Source of the DNA: Eledone cirrhosa
Taxonomy: Eukaryota
Assembly: GCA_964016885.1 (NCBI GenBank)
Contig: OZ024741.1
Location: forward strand, 414,470,001-414,534,000
Direction of reading: 5' to 3'
Length of the DNA stretch: 64,000 bases
Each line of letters begins with the position of its first letter. The first letter of the stretch is position 1. Made by a program: the position numbers and the translations under genes. Shown one piece after another: positions 36,801 to 51,800 of this stretch. The notes below the pieces were generated by a model. The model ran no database searches. It was not told the DNA's origin and saw only the letters and a program-made list of their open reading frames with translations.

Positions 36801-39800
36801 ACAATGACTGCAGCTGTGCAGCCCGTAGCCTAACACTGTACAATGACTGCAGCTGTGCAGCCTGTAGCCTAACACTGTACAATGACTGGAGCTGTGCACA
36901 CGGGTAGCCTAACACTGTACAATGACTGGAGCTGTGCAGCCCGTAGCCTAACACTGTACAATGACTGGAGCTGTGCAGCCCGTAGCCTAGCACTGTACAA
37001 TGACTGCAGCTGTGCAGCCCGTAGCCTAACACTGTACAATGACTGGAGCTGTGCACACCGTAGCCTAACACTGTACAATGACTGGAGCTGTGCAGACCGT
37101 AGCCTAACACTGTACAATGACTGGAGCAGGGCAGCCCGTAGCCTAACACTGTACAATGACTGGAGCTGTGCAGCCCGTAGCCTAACACTGTACAATGACT
37201 GGAGCTGTGCAGCCCATAGCCTAACACTGTACAATGACTGCAGCTGTGCAGCCCGTAGCCTAACACTGTACAATGACTGCAGCTGTGCAGCCCGTAGCCT
37301 AACACTGTACAATGACTGCAGCTGTGCAGCCCGTAGCCTAACACTGTACAATGACTGCAGCTGTGCAGCCCGTAGCCTAACACTGTACAATGACTGCAGC
37401 TGTGCAGCCCGTAGCCTAACACTGTACAATGACTGCAGCTGTGCAGCCCGTAGCCTAACACTGTACAATGACTGGAGCAGGGCAGCCCGTAGCCTAACAC
37501 TGTACAATGACTGGAGCTGTGCAGCCCGCAGCCTAACACTGTACAATGACTGCAGCTGTGCAGACCGTAGCCTAATACTGTACAATGATGCAGCTGTGCA
37601 GCCCGTAGCCTAACACTGTACAATGACTGGAGCAGGGCAGCCCGTAGCCTAACACTGTACAATGACTGGAGCTGTGCAGCCCGTAGCCTAACACTGTACA
37701 ATGACTGCAGCTGTGCAGCCCGTAGCCTAACACTGTACAATGACTGGAGCAGGGCAGCCCGTAGCCTAACAATGTACAATGACTGCAGCTGTGCAGCCCG
37801 TAGCCTAACACTGTACAATGACTGCAGCTGTGCAGCCCGTAGCCTAACACTGTACAATGACTGGAGCAGGGCAGGCCGTAGCCTAACACTGTACAATGAC
37901 TGGAGCTGTGCAGCCCGTAGCCTAACACTGTACAATGACTGCAGCTGTGCAGCCCGTAGCCTAACACTGTACAATGACTGGAGCAGGGCAGGCCGTAGCC
38001 TAACACTGTACAATGACTGCAGCTGTGCAGCCCGTAGCCTAACACTGTACAATGACTGGAGCAGGGCAGCCCGTAGCCTAACACTGTACAATGACTGCAG
38101 CTGTGCAGACCGTAGCCTAACACTGTACAATGACTGGAGCTGTGCAGCCCGTAGCCTAACACTGTACAATGACTGGAGCTGTGCAGCCCGTAGCCAAACA
38201 CTGTACAATGACTGCAGCTGTGCAGCCCGTAGCCTAACACTGTACAATGACTGGAGCAGGGCAGCCCGTAGCCTAACACTGTACAATGACTGCAGCTGTG
38301 CAGCCCGTAGCCTAACACTGTACAATGACTGCAGCTGTGCAGCCCGTAGCCTAACACTGTACAATGACTGGAGCTGTGCAGCCCGTAGCCTAACACTGTA
38401 CAATGACTGGAGCTGTGCAGCCCGTAGCCTAACACTGTACAATGACTGCAGCTGTGCAGACCGTAGCCTAACACTGTACAATGATGCAGCTGTGCAGCCC
38501 GTAGCCTAACACTGTACAATGACTGGAGCAGGGCAGCCCGTAGCCTAACACTGTACAATGACTGGAGCTGTGCAGCCCGTAGCCTAACACTGTACAATGA
38601 CTGCAGCTGTGCAGCCCGTAGCCTAACACTGTACAATGACTGGAGCAGGGCAGCCCGTAGCCTAACACTGTACAATGACTGCAGCTGTGCAGCCCGTAGC
38701 CTAACACTGTACAATGACTGCAGCTGTGCAGCCCGTAGCCTAACACTGTACAATGACTGGAGCAGGGCAGGCCGTAGCCTAACACTGTACAATGACTGGA
38801 GCTGTGCAGCCCGTAGCCTAACACTGTACAATGACTGCAGCTGTGCAGCCCGTAGCCTAACACTGTACAATGACTGGAGCAGGGCAGCCCGTAGCCTAAC
38901 ACTGTACAATGATGCAGCTGTGCAGCCCGTAGCCTAACACTGTACAATGACTGCAGCTGTGCAGCCCGTAGCCTAGCACTGTACAATGACTGCAGCTGTG
39001 CAGCCCCTAGCCTAACACTGTACAATGACTGCAGATGTGCAGCCTGTAGCCTAACACTGTACAATGACTGCAGCTGTGCAGCCCGTAGCCTAACACTGTA
39101 CAATGACTGGAGCAGGGCAGCCCGTTGCCTAACACTGTACAATGACTGCAGCTGTGCAGCCCGTAGCCTAACACTGTACAATGACTGGAGCTGTGCAGCC
39201 CGTAGCCTAACACTGTACAATGACTGCAGCTGTGCAGCCCGTAGCCTAACACTGTACAATGACTGGAGCTGTGCAGCCCGTAGCCTAACACTGTACAATG
39301 ACTGGAGCTGTGCAGCCCGTAGCCTAACACTGTACAATGACTGCAGCTGTGCAGCCCGTAGCCTAACACTGTACAATGACTGGAGCAGGGCAGCCCGTAG
39401 CCTAACACTGTACAATGACTGCAGCTGTGCAGCCCGTAGCCTAACACTGTACAATGACTGGAGCTGTGCAGCCCGTAGCCTAACACTGTACAATGACTGC
39501 AGCTGTGCAGCCCGTAGCCTAACACTGTACAATGACTGCAGCTGTGCAGCCCGTAGCCTAACACTGTACAATGACTGGAGCTGTGCAGCCCGTAGCCTAA
39601 CACTGTACAATGACTGCAGCTGTGCAGCCCGTAGCCTAACACTGTACAATGACTGGAGCAGGGCAGCCCGTAGCCTAACACTGTACAATGACTGCAGCTG
39701 TGCAGCCCGTAGCCTAACACTGTACAATGACTGGAGCTGTGCAGCCCGTAGCCTAACACTGTACAATGACTGCAGCTGTGCAGCCCGTAGCCTAACACTG

Positions 39801-42800
39801 TACAATGATGCAGCTGTGCAGCCCGTAGCCTAACACTGTACAATGACTGGAGCTGTGCAGCCCGTAGCCTAACACTGTACAATGACTGCAGCTGTGCAGC
39901 CCGTAGCCTAACACTGTACAATGACTGCAGCTGTGCAGCCCGTAGCCTAACACTGTACAATGACTGGAGCTGTGCAGCCCGTAGCCTAACACTGTACAAT
40001 GACTGGAGCAGGGCAGCCCGTAGCCTAACACTGTACAATGACTGGAGCTGTGCAGCCCATAGCCTAACACTGTACAATGACTGGAGCTGTGCAGCCCGTA
40101 GCCTAACACTGTACAATGACTGGAGCTGTGCAGCCCGTAGCCTAACACTGTACAATGACTGGAGCTGTGCAGCCCGTAGCCTAACACTGTACAATGACTG
40201 GAGCTGTGCACACCGTAGCCTAACACTGTACAATGATTGGAGCTGTGCAGCCCGTAGCCTAACACTGTACAATGACTGCAGCTGTGCAGCCCGTAGCCTA
40301 ACACTGTACAATGACTGGAGCAGGGCAGCCCGTAGCCTAACACTGTACAATGACTGCAGCTGTGCAGCCCGTAGCCTAACACTGTACAATGACTGCAGCT
40401 GTGCAGCCTGTAGCCTAACACTGTACAATGACTGGAGCTGTGCACACCGTAGCCTAACACTGTACAATGACTGCAGCTGTGCAGCCCGTAGCCTAACACT
40501 GTACAATGACTGGAGCTGTGCAGCCCGTAGCCTAACACTGTACAATGACTGCAGCTGTGCAGCCCGTAGCCTAACACTGTACAATGACTGGAGCAGGGCA
40601 GCCCGTAGCCTAACACTGTACAATGACTGGAGCTGTGCAGCCCATAGCCTAACACTGTACAATGACTGGAGCTGTGCAGCCCGTAGCCTAACACTGTACA
40701 ATGACTCGAGCTGTGCAGCCCGTAGCCTAACACTGTACAATGACTGGAGCTGTGCAGCCCGTAGCCTAACACTGTACAATGACTGGAGCTGTGCACACCG
40801 TAGCCTAACACTGTACAATGACTGGAGCTGTGCAGCCCGTAGCCTAACACTGTACAATGACTGCAGCTGTGCAGCCCGTAGCCTAACACTGTACAATGAC
40901 TGGAGCAGGGCAGCCCGTAGCCTAACACTGTACAATGACTGCAGCTGTGCAGCCCGTAGCCTAACACTGTACAATGACTGCAGCTGTGCAGCCTGTAGCC
41001 TAACACTGTACAATGACTGGAGCTGTGCACACGGGTAGCCTAACACTGTACAATGACTGGAGCTGTGCAGCCCGTAGCCTAACACTGTACAATGACTGGA
41101 GCTGTGCAGCCCGTAGCCTAGCACTGTACAATGACTGCAGCTGTGCAGCCCGTAGCCTAACACTGTACAATGACTGGAGCTGTGCACACCGTAGCCTAAC
41201 ACTGTACAATGACTGGAGCTGTGCAGACCGTAGCCTAACACTGTACAATGACTGGAGCAGGGCAGCCCGTAGCCTAACACTGTACAATGACTGGAGCTGT
41301 GCAGCCCGTAGCCTAACACTGTACAATGACTGGAGCTGTGCAGCCCATAGCCTAACACTGTACAATGACTGCAGCTGTGCAGCCCGTAGCCTAACACTGT
41401 ACAATGACTGCAGCTGTGCAGCCCGTAGCCTAACACTGTACAATGACTGCAGCTGTGCAGCCCGTAGCCTAACACTGTACAATGACTGCAGCTGTGCAGC
41501 CCGTAGCCTAACACTGTACAATGACTGCAGCTGTGCAGCCCGTAGCCTAACACTGTACAATGACTGCAGCTGTGCAGCCCGTAGCCTAACACTGTACAAT
41601 GACTGGAGCAGGGCAGCCCGTAGCCTAACACTGTACAATGACTGGAGCTGTGCAGCCCGCAGCCTAACACTGTACAATGACTGCAGCTGTGCAGACCGTA
41701 GCCTAATACTGTACAATGATGCAGCTGTGCAGCCCGTAGCCTAACACTGTACAATGACTGGAGCAGGGCAGCCCGTAGCCTAACACTGTACAATGACTGG
41801 AGCTGTGCAGCCCGTAGCCTAACACTGTACAATGACTGCAGCTGTGCAGCCCGTAGCCTAACACTGTACAATGACTGGAGCAGGGCAGCCCGTAGCCTAA
41901 CAATGTACAATGACTGCAGCTGTGCAGCCCGTAGCCTAACACTGTACAATGACTGCAGCTGTGCAGCCCGTAGCCTAACACTGTACAATGACTGGAGCAG
42001 GGCAGGCCGTAGCCTAACACTGTACAATGACTGGAGCTGTGCAGCCCGTAGCCTAACACTGTACAATGACTGCAGCTGTGCAGCCCGTAGCCTAACACTG
42101 TACAATGACTGGAGCAGGGCAGGCCGTAGCCTAACACTGTACAATGACTGCAGCTGTGCAGCCCGTAGCCTAACACTGTACAATGACTGGAGCAGGGCAG
42201 CCCGTAGCCTAACACTGTACAATGACTGCAGCTGTGCAGACCGTAGCCTAACACTGTACAATGACTGGAGCTGTGCAGCCCGTAGCCTAACACTGTACAA
42301 TGACTGGAGCTGTGCAGCCCGTAGCCAAACACTGTACAATGACTGCAGCTGTGCAGCCCGTAGCCTAACACTGTACAATGACTGCAGCTGTGCAGCCCGT
42401 AGCCTAACACTGTACAATGATGCAGCTGTGCAGCCCGTAGCCTAACACTGTACAATGACTGGAGCAGGGCAGCCCGTAGCCTAACACTGTACAATGACTG
42501 GAGCTGTGCAGCCCGTAGCCTAACACTGTACAATGACTGCAGCTGTGCAGCCCGTAGCCTAACACTGTACAATGACTGGAGCTGTGCAGCCCGTAGCCTA
42601 ACACTGTACAATGACTGCAGCTGTGCAGCCCGTAGCCTAACACTGTACAATGACTGGAGCTGTGCACACCGTAGCCTAACACTGTACAATGACTGCAGCT
42701 GTGCAGCCCGTAGCCTAACACTGTACAATGACTGCAGCTGTGCAGCCCGTAGCCTAACACTGTACAATGACTAGAGCTGTACAGCCCGTAGCCTAACACT

Positions 42801-45800
42801 GTACAATGACTGCAGCTGTGCAGACCGTAGCCTAACACTGTACAATGATGCAGCTGTGCAGCCCGTAGCCTAACACTGTACAATGACTGGAGCAGGGCAG
42901 CCCGTAGCCTAACACTGTACAATGACTGGAGCTGTGCACACCGTAGCCTAACACTGTACAATGACTGGAGCTGTGCAGCCCGTAGCCTAACACTGTACAA
43001 TGACTGCAGCTGTGCAGCCCGTAGCCTAACACTGTACAATGACTGCAGCTGTGCAGCCCGTAGCCTAACACTGTACAATGACTGGAGCTGTGCAGCCCGT
43101 AGCCTAACACTGTACAATGACTGGAGCAGGGCAGCCCGTAGCCTAACACTGTACAATGACTGGAGCTGTGCAGCCCGTAGCCTAACATTGTACAATGACT
43201 GGAGCTGTGCAGCCCGTAGCCTAACACTGTACAATGACTGGAGCTGTGCAGCCCGTAGCCTAACACTGTACAATGACTGGAGCTGTGCAGCCCGTAGCCT
43301 AACACTGTACAATGACTGGAGCAGGGCAGCCCGTAGCCTAACACTGTACAATGACTGGAGCTGTGCAGCCCGTAGCCTAACACTGTACAATGACTGGAGC
43401 AGGGCAGCCCGTAGCCTAACACTGTACAATGACTGGAGCTGTGCAGCCCGTAGCCTAACACTGTACAATGACTGGAGCAGGGCAGCCCGTAGCCTAACAC
43501 TGTACAATGACTGGAGCAGGGCAGCCCGTAGCCTAACACTGTACAATGACTGGAGCAGGGCAGCCCGTAGCCTAACACTGTACAATGACTGCAGCTGTGC
43601 AGCCCGTAGCCTAACACTGTACAATGACTGGAGCAGGGCAGCCCGTAGCCTAACACTGTACAATGACTGCAGCTGTGCAGCCCGTAGCCTAACACTGTAC
43701 AATGACTGGAGCAGGGCAGGCCGTAGCCTAACACTGTACAATGACTGGAGCTGTGCAGACCGTAGCCTAACACTGTACAATGACTGGAGCTGTGCAGACC
43801 GTAGCCTAACACTGTACAATGACTGCAGCTGTGCAGCCCGTAGCCTAACACTGTACAATGACTGCAGCTGTGCAGCCCGTAGCCTAACACTGTACAATGA
43901 CTGGAGCAGGGCAGGCCGTAGCCTAACACTGTACAATGACTGGAGCTGTGCAGACCGTAGCCTAACACTGTACAATGACTGGAGCTGTGCAGACCGTAGC
44001 CTAACACTGTACAATGACTGGAGCTGTGCAGCCCGTAGCCTAACACTGTACAATGACTGCAGCTGTGCAGCCCGTAGCCTAACACTGTACAATGACTGCA
44101 GCTGTGCAGCCTGTAGCCTAACACTGTACAATGACTGGAGCTGTGCAGCCCGTAGCCTAACACTGTACAATGACTGGAGCTGTGCAGCCCGTAGCCTAAC
44201 ACTGTACAATGACTGGAGCTGTGCAGCCCGTAGCCTAACACTGTACAATGACTGCAGCTGTGCAGACCGTAGCCTAACACTGTACAATGACTGCAGCTGT
44301 GCAGACCGTAGCCTAACACTGTACAATGACTGGAGCTGTGCAGCCCGTAGCCTAACACTGTACAATGACTGCAGCTGTGCAGCCCGTAGCCTAACACTGT
44401 ACAATGACTGCAGCTGTGCAGCCCGTAGCCTAACACTGTACAATGACTGGAGCAGGGCAGCCCGTAGCCTAACACTGTACAATGACTGCAGCTGTGCAGC
44501 CCGTAGCCTAACACTGTACAATGACTGGAGCTGTGCAGCCCGTAGCCTAACACTGTACAATGACTGCAGCTGTGCAGCCCGTAGCCTAACACTGTACAAT
44601 GACTGGAGCAGGGCAGCCCGTAGCCTAACACTGTACAATGACTGGAGCTGTGCAGCCCGTAGCCTAACACTGTACAATGACTGGAGCTGTGCAGCCCGTA
44701 GCCTAACACTGTACAATGACTGGAGCTGTGCAGCCCGTAGCCTAACACTGTACAATGACTGGAGCTGTGCAGCCCGTAGCCTAACACTGTACAATGACTG
44801 GAGCTGTGCAGCCCGTAGCCTAACACTGTACAATGACTGGAGCTGTGCACACCGTAGCCTAACACTGTACAATGACTGGAGCTGTGCAGCCCGTAGCCTA
44901 ACACTGTACAATGACTGCAGCTGTGCAGCCCGTAGCCTAACACTGTACAATGACTGGAGCAGGGCAGCCCGTAGCCTAACACTGTACAATGACTGGAGCT
45001 GTGCACACCGTAGCCTAACACTGTACAATGACTGGAGCTGTGCAGCCCGTAGCCTAACACTGTACAATGACTGGAGCTGTGCAGCCCGTAGCCTAACACT
45101 GTACAATGACTGGAGCTGTGCACACCGTAGCCTAACACTGTACAATGACTGGAGCTGTGCAGCCCGTAGCCTAACACTGTACAATGACTGCAGCTGTGCA
45201 GCCCGTAGCCTAACACTGTACAATGACTGGAGCAGGGCAGCCCGTAGCCTAACACTGTACAATGACTGCAGCTGCAGCCCGTAGCCTAACACTGTACAAT
45301 GACTGGAGCAGGGCAGCCCGTAGCCTAACACTGTACAATGACTGGAGCTGTGCAGCCCGTAGCCTAACACCGTACAATGACTGGAGCTGTGCAGCCCGTA
45401 GCCTAACACTGTACAATGACTGCAGCTGTGCAGCCCGTAGCCTAACACTGTACAATGACTGGAGCAGGGCAGCCCGTAGCCTAACACTGTACAATGACTG
45501 GAGCAGGGCAGCCCGTAGCCTAACACTGTACAATGACTGGAGCTGTGCAGCCCGTAGCCTAACACTGTACAATGACTGGAGCTGTGCAGCCCGTAGCCTA
45601 ACACTGTACAATGACTGCAGCTGTGCAGCCCGTAGCCTAACACTGTACAATGACTGGAGCAGGGCAGGCCGTAGCCTAACACTGTACAATGACTGCAGCT
45701 GTGCAGCCCGTAGCCTAACACTGTACAATGACTGGAGCAGGGCAGCCCGTAGCCTAACACTGTACAATGACTGCAGCTGTGCAGACCGTAGCCTAACACT

Positions 45801-48800
45801 GTACAATGACTGGAGCTGTGCAGCCCGTAGCCTAACACTGTACAATGACTGGAGCTGTGCAGCCCGTAGCCTAACACTGTACAATGACTGCAGCTGTGCA
45901 GCCCGTAGCCTAACACTGTACAATGACTGGAGCAGGGCAGCCCGTAGCCTAACACTGTACAATGACTGGAGCTGTGCAGCCCGTAGCCTAACACTGTACA
46001 ATGACTGCAGCTGTGCAGCCCGTAGCCTAACACTGTACAATGACTGGAGCAGGGCAGCCCGTAGCCTAACACTGTACAATGACTGCAGCTGTGCAGCCCG
46101 TAGCCTAACACTGTACAATGACTGCAGCTGTGCAGCCCGTAGCCTAACACTGTACAATGACTGGAGCAGGGCAGGCCGTAGCCTAACACTGTACAATGAC
46201 TGGAGCTGTGCAGCCCGTAGCCTAACACTGTACAATGACTGCAGCTGTGCAGCCCGTAGCCTAACACTGTACAATGACTGGAGCAGGGCAGGCCGTAGCC
46301 TAACACTGTACAATGACTGCAGCTGTGCAGCCCGTAGCCTAACACTGTACAATGACTGGAGCAGGGCAGCCCGTAGCCTAACACTGTACAATGACTGCAG
46401 CTGTGCAGACCGTAGCCTAACACTGTACAATGACTGGAGCTGTGCAGCCCGTAGCCTAACACTGTACAATGACTGGAGCTGTGCAGCCCGTAGCCAAACA
46501 CTGTACAATGACTGCAGCTGTGCAGCCCGTAGCCTAACACTGTACAATGACTGCAGCTGTGCAGCCCGTAGCCTAACACTGTACAATGATGCAGCTGTGC
46601 AGCCCGTAGCCTAACACTGTACAATGACTGGAGCAGGGCAGCCCGTAGCCTAACACTGTACAATGACTGGAGCTGTGCAGCCCGTAGCCTAACACTGTAC
46701 AATGACTGCAGCTGTGCAGCCCGTAGCCTAACACTGTACAATGACTGGAGCTGTGCAGCCCGTAGCCTAACACTGTACAATGACTGCAGCTGTGCAGCCC
46801 GTAGCCTAACACTGTACAATGACTGGAGCTGTGCACACCGTAGCCTAACACTGTACAATGACTGCAGCTGTGCAGCCCGTAGCCTAACACTGTACAATGA
46901 CTGCAGCTGTGCAGCCCGTAGCCTAACATTGTACAATGACTGGAGCTGTACAGCCCGTAGCCTAACACTGTACAATGACTGCAGCTGTGCAGACCGTAGC
47001 CTAACACTGTACAATGATGCAGCTGTGCAGCCCGTAGCCTAACACTGTACAATGACTGGAGCAGGGCAGCCCGTAGCCTAACACTGTACAATGACTGGAG
47101 CTGTGCACACCGTAGCCTAACACTGTACAATGACTGGAGCTGTGCAGCCCGTAGCCTAACACTGTACAATGACTGCAGCTGTGCAGCCCGTAGCCTAACA
47201 CTGTACAATGACTGCAGCTGTGCAGCCCGTAGCCTAACACTGTACAATGACTGGGGCTGTGCAGCCCGTAGCCTAACACTGTACAATGACTGGAGCAGGG
47301 CAGCCCGTAGCCTAACACTGTACAATGACTGGAGCTGTGCAGCCCGTAGCCTAACATTGTACAATGACTGGAGCTGTGCAGCCCGTAGCCTAACACTGTA
47401 CAATGACTGGAGCTGTGCAGCCCGTAGCCTAACACTGTACAATGACTGGAGCTGTGCAGCCCGTAGCCTAACACTGTACAATGACTGGAGCAGGGCAGCC
47501 CGTAGCCTAACACTGTACAATGACTGGAGCTGTGCAGCCCGTAGCCTAACACTGTACAATGACTGGAGCAGGGCAGCCCGTAGCCTAACACTGTACAATG
47601 ACTGGAGCTGTGCAGCCCGTAGCCTAACACTGTACAATGACTGGAGCAGGGCAGCCCGTAGCCTAACACTGTACAATGACTGGAGCAGGGCAGCCCGTAG
47701 CCTAACACTGTACAATGACTGGAGCAGGGCAGCCCGTAGCCTAACACTGTACAATGACTGCAGCTGTGCAGCCCGTAGCCTAACACTGTACAATGACTGG
47801 AGCAGGGCAGCCCGTAGCCTAACACTGTACAATGACTGCAGCTGTGCAGCCCGTAGCCTAACACTGTACAATGACTGGAGCAGGGCAGGCCGTAGCCTAA
47901 CACTGTACAATGACTGGAGCTGTGCAGACCGTAGCCTAACACTGTACAATGACTGGAGCTGTGCAGACCGTAGCCTAACACTGTACAATGACTGCAGCTG
48001 TGCAGCCCGTAGCCTAACACTGTACAATGACTGCAGCTGTGCAGCCCGTAGCCTAACACTGTACAATGACTGGAGCAGGGCAGGCCGTAGCCTAACACTG
48101 TACAATGACTGGAGCTGTGCAGACCGTAGCCTAACACTGTACAATGACTGGAGCTGTGCAGACCGTAGCCTAACACTGTACAATGACTGGAGCTGTGCAG
48201 ACCGTAGCCTAACACTGTACAATGACTGCAGCTGTGCAGCCCGTAGCCTAACACTGTACAATGACTGCAGCTGTGCAGCCTGTAGCCTAACACTGTACAA
48301 TGACTGGAGCTGTGCAGCCCGTAGCCTAACACTGTACAATGACTGGAGCTGTGCAGCCCGTAGCCTAACACTGTACAATGACTGGAGCTGTGCAGCCCGT
48401 AGCCTAACACTGTACAATGACTGCAGCTGTGCAGACCGTAGCCTAACACTGTACAATGACTGCAGCTGTGCAGACCGTAGCCTAACACTGTACAATGACT
48501 GGAGCTGTGCAGCCCGTAGCCTAACACTGTACAATGACTGCAGCTGTGCAGCCCGTAGCCTAACACTGTACAATGACTGCAGCTGTGCAGCCCGTAGCCT
48601 AACACTGTACAATGACTGGAGCAGGGCAGCCCGTAGCCTAACACTGTACAATGACTGCAGCTGTGCAGCCCGTAGCCTAACACTGTACAATGACTGGAGC
48701 TGTGCAGCCCGTAGCCTAACACTGTACAATGACTGCAGCTGTGCAGCCCGTAGCCTAACACTGTACAATGACTGGAGCAGGGCAGCCCGTAGCCTAACAC

Positions 48801-51800
48801 TGTACAATGACTGGAGCTGTGCAGCCCGTAGCCTAACACTGTACAATGACTGGAGCTGTGCAGCCCGTAGCCTAACACTGTACAATGACTGGAGCTGTGC
48901 AGCCCGTAGCCTAACACTGTACAATGACTGGAGCTGTGCAGCCCGTAGCCTAACACTGTACAATGACTGGAGCTGTGCAGCCCGTAGCCTAACACTGTAC
49001 AATGACTGGAGCTGTGCACACCGTAGCCTAACACTGTACAATGACTGGAGCTGTGCAGCCCGTAGCCTAACACTGTACAATGACTGCAGCTGTGCAGCCC
49101 GTAGCCTAACACTGTACAATGACTGGAGCAGGGCAGCCCGTAGCCTAACACTGTACAATGACTGGAGCTGTGCACACCGTAGCCTAACACTGTACAATGA
49201 CTGGAGCTGTGCAGCCCGTAGCCTAACACTGTACAATGACTGGAGCTGTGCAGCCCGTAGCCTAACACTGTACAATGACTGGAGCTGTGCACACCGTAGC
49301 CTAACACTGTACAATGACTGGAGCTGTGCAGCCCGTAGCCTAACACTGTACAATGACTGCAGCTGTGCAGCCCGTAGCCTAACACTGTACAATGACTGGA
49401 GCAGGGCAGCCCGTAGCCTAACACTGTACAATGACTGCAGCTGTGCAGCCCGTAGCCTAACACTGTACAATGACTGGAGCAGGGCAGCCCGTAGCCTAAC
49501 ACTGTACAATGACTGGAGCTGTGCAGCCCGTAGCCTAACACTGTACAATGACTGGAGCTGTGCAGCCCGTAGCCTAACACTGTACAATGACTGCAGCTGT
49601 GCAGCCCGTAGCCTAACACTGTACAATGACTGGAGCAGGGCAGCCCGTAGCCTAACACTGTACAATGACTGGAGCAGGGCAGCCCGTAGCCTAACACTGT
49701 ACAATGACTGCAGCTGTGCAGACCGTAGCCTAACACTGTACAATGATGCAGCTGTGCAGCCCGTAGCCTAACACTGTACAATGACTGGAGCAGGGCAGCC
49801 CGTAGCCTAACACTGTACAATGACTGCAGCTGTGCAGACCGTAGCCTAACACTGTACAATGATGCAGCTGTGCAGCCCGTAGCCTAACACTGTACAATGA
49901 CTGGAGCAGGGCAGCCCGTAGCCTAACACTGTACAATGACTGCAGCTGTGCAGCCCGTAGCCTAACACTGTACAATGACTGCAGCTGTGCAGCCCGTAGC
50001 CTAACACTGTACAATGACTGGAGCTGTGCAGCCCGTAGCCTAACACTGTACAATGACTGGAGCTGTGCAGCCCGTAGCCTAACACTGTACAATGACTGCA
50101 GCTGTGCAGACCGTAGCCTAACACTGTACAATGATGCAGCTGTGCAGCCCGTAGCCTAACACTGTACAATGACTGGAGCAGGGCAGCCCGTAGCCTAACA
50201 CTGTACAATGACTGGAGCTGTGCAGCCCGTAGCCTAACACTGTACAATGACTGCTGCTGTGCAGCCCGTAGCCTAACACTGTACAATGACTGGAGCAGGG
50301 CAGCCCGTAGCCTAACACTGTACAATGACTGCAGCTCTGGAGCCCGTAGCCTAACACTGTACAATGACTGCAGCTGTGCAGCCCGTAGCCTAACACTGTA
50401 CAATGACTGGAGCAGGGCAGGCCGTAGCCTAACACTGTACAATGACTGCAGCTGTGCAGCCCGTAGCCTAACACTGTACAATGACTGCAGCTGAGCAGCC
50501 CGTAGCCTAACATTGTACAATGACTGGAGCAGGGCAGGCCGTAGCCTAACACTGTACAATGACTGGAGCAGGGCAGGCCGTAGCCTAACACTGTACAATG
50601 ACTGCAGCTGTGCAGCCCGTAGCCTAACACTGTACAATGACTGCAGCTGAGCAGCCCGTAGCCTAACATTGTACAATGACTGCAGCTGTGCAGCCCGTAG
50701 CCTAACACTGTACAATGACTGGAGCAGGGCAGCCCGTAGCCTAACACTGTACAATGATGCAGCTGTGCAGCCCGTAGCCTAACACTGTACAATGACTGGA
50801 GCAGGGCAGCCCGTAGCCTAACATTGTACAATGACTGGAGCAGGGCAGGCCGTAGCCTAACACTGTACAATGACTGCAGCTGTGCAGCCCGTAGCCTAAC
50901 ACTGTACAATGACTGCAGCTGTGCAGCCCGTAGCCTAACACTGTACAATGACTGCAGCTGTGCAGCCCGTAGCCTAACATTGTACAATGACTGGAGCAGG
51001 GCAGCCCGTAGCCTAACACTGTACAATGACTGGAGCAGGGCAGCCCGTAGCCTAACACTGTACAATGACTGGAGCTGTGCACACCGTAGCCTAACACTGT
51101 ACAATGACTGGAGCTGTGCAGCCCGTAGCCTAACACTGTACAATGACTGCAGCTGTGCAGCCCGTAGCCTAACACTGTACAATGACTGGAGCAGGGCAGC
51201 CCGTAGCCTAACACTGTACAATGACTGCAGCTGTGCAGCCCGTAGCCTAACACTGTACAATGACTGCAGCTGTGCAGCCCGTAGCCTAACACTGTACAAT
51301 GACTGGAGCAGGGCAGCCCGTAGCCTAACACTGTACAATGACTGCAGCTGTGCAGCCCGTAGCCTAACACTGTACAATGACTGGAGCAGGGCAGCCCGTA
51401 GCCTAACACTGTACAATGACTGCAGCTGTGCAGCCCGTAGCCTAACACTGTACAATGACTGGAGCTGTGCAGCCCGTAGCCTAACACTGTACAATGACTG
51501 AAGCTGTGCAGCCCGTAGCCTAACACTGTACAATGACTGCAGCTGTGCAGCCCGTAGCCTAACACTGTACAATGACTGGAGCTGTGCAGCCCGTAGCCTA
51601 ACACTGTACAATGACTGCAGCTGTGCAGCCCGTAGCCTAACTCTGTATAATGACTGCAGCTGTGCAGCCCGTAGCCTAACACTGTACAATGACTGCAGCA
51701 GTGCAGACCGTAGCCTAACACTGTACAATGACTGGAGCTGTGCAGCCCGTAGCCTAACACTGTACAATGACTGGAGCAGGGCAGCCCGTAGCCTAACACT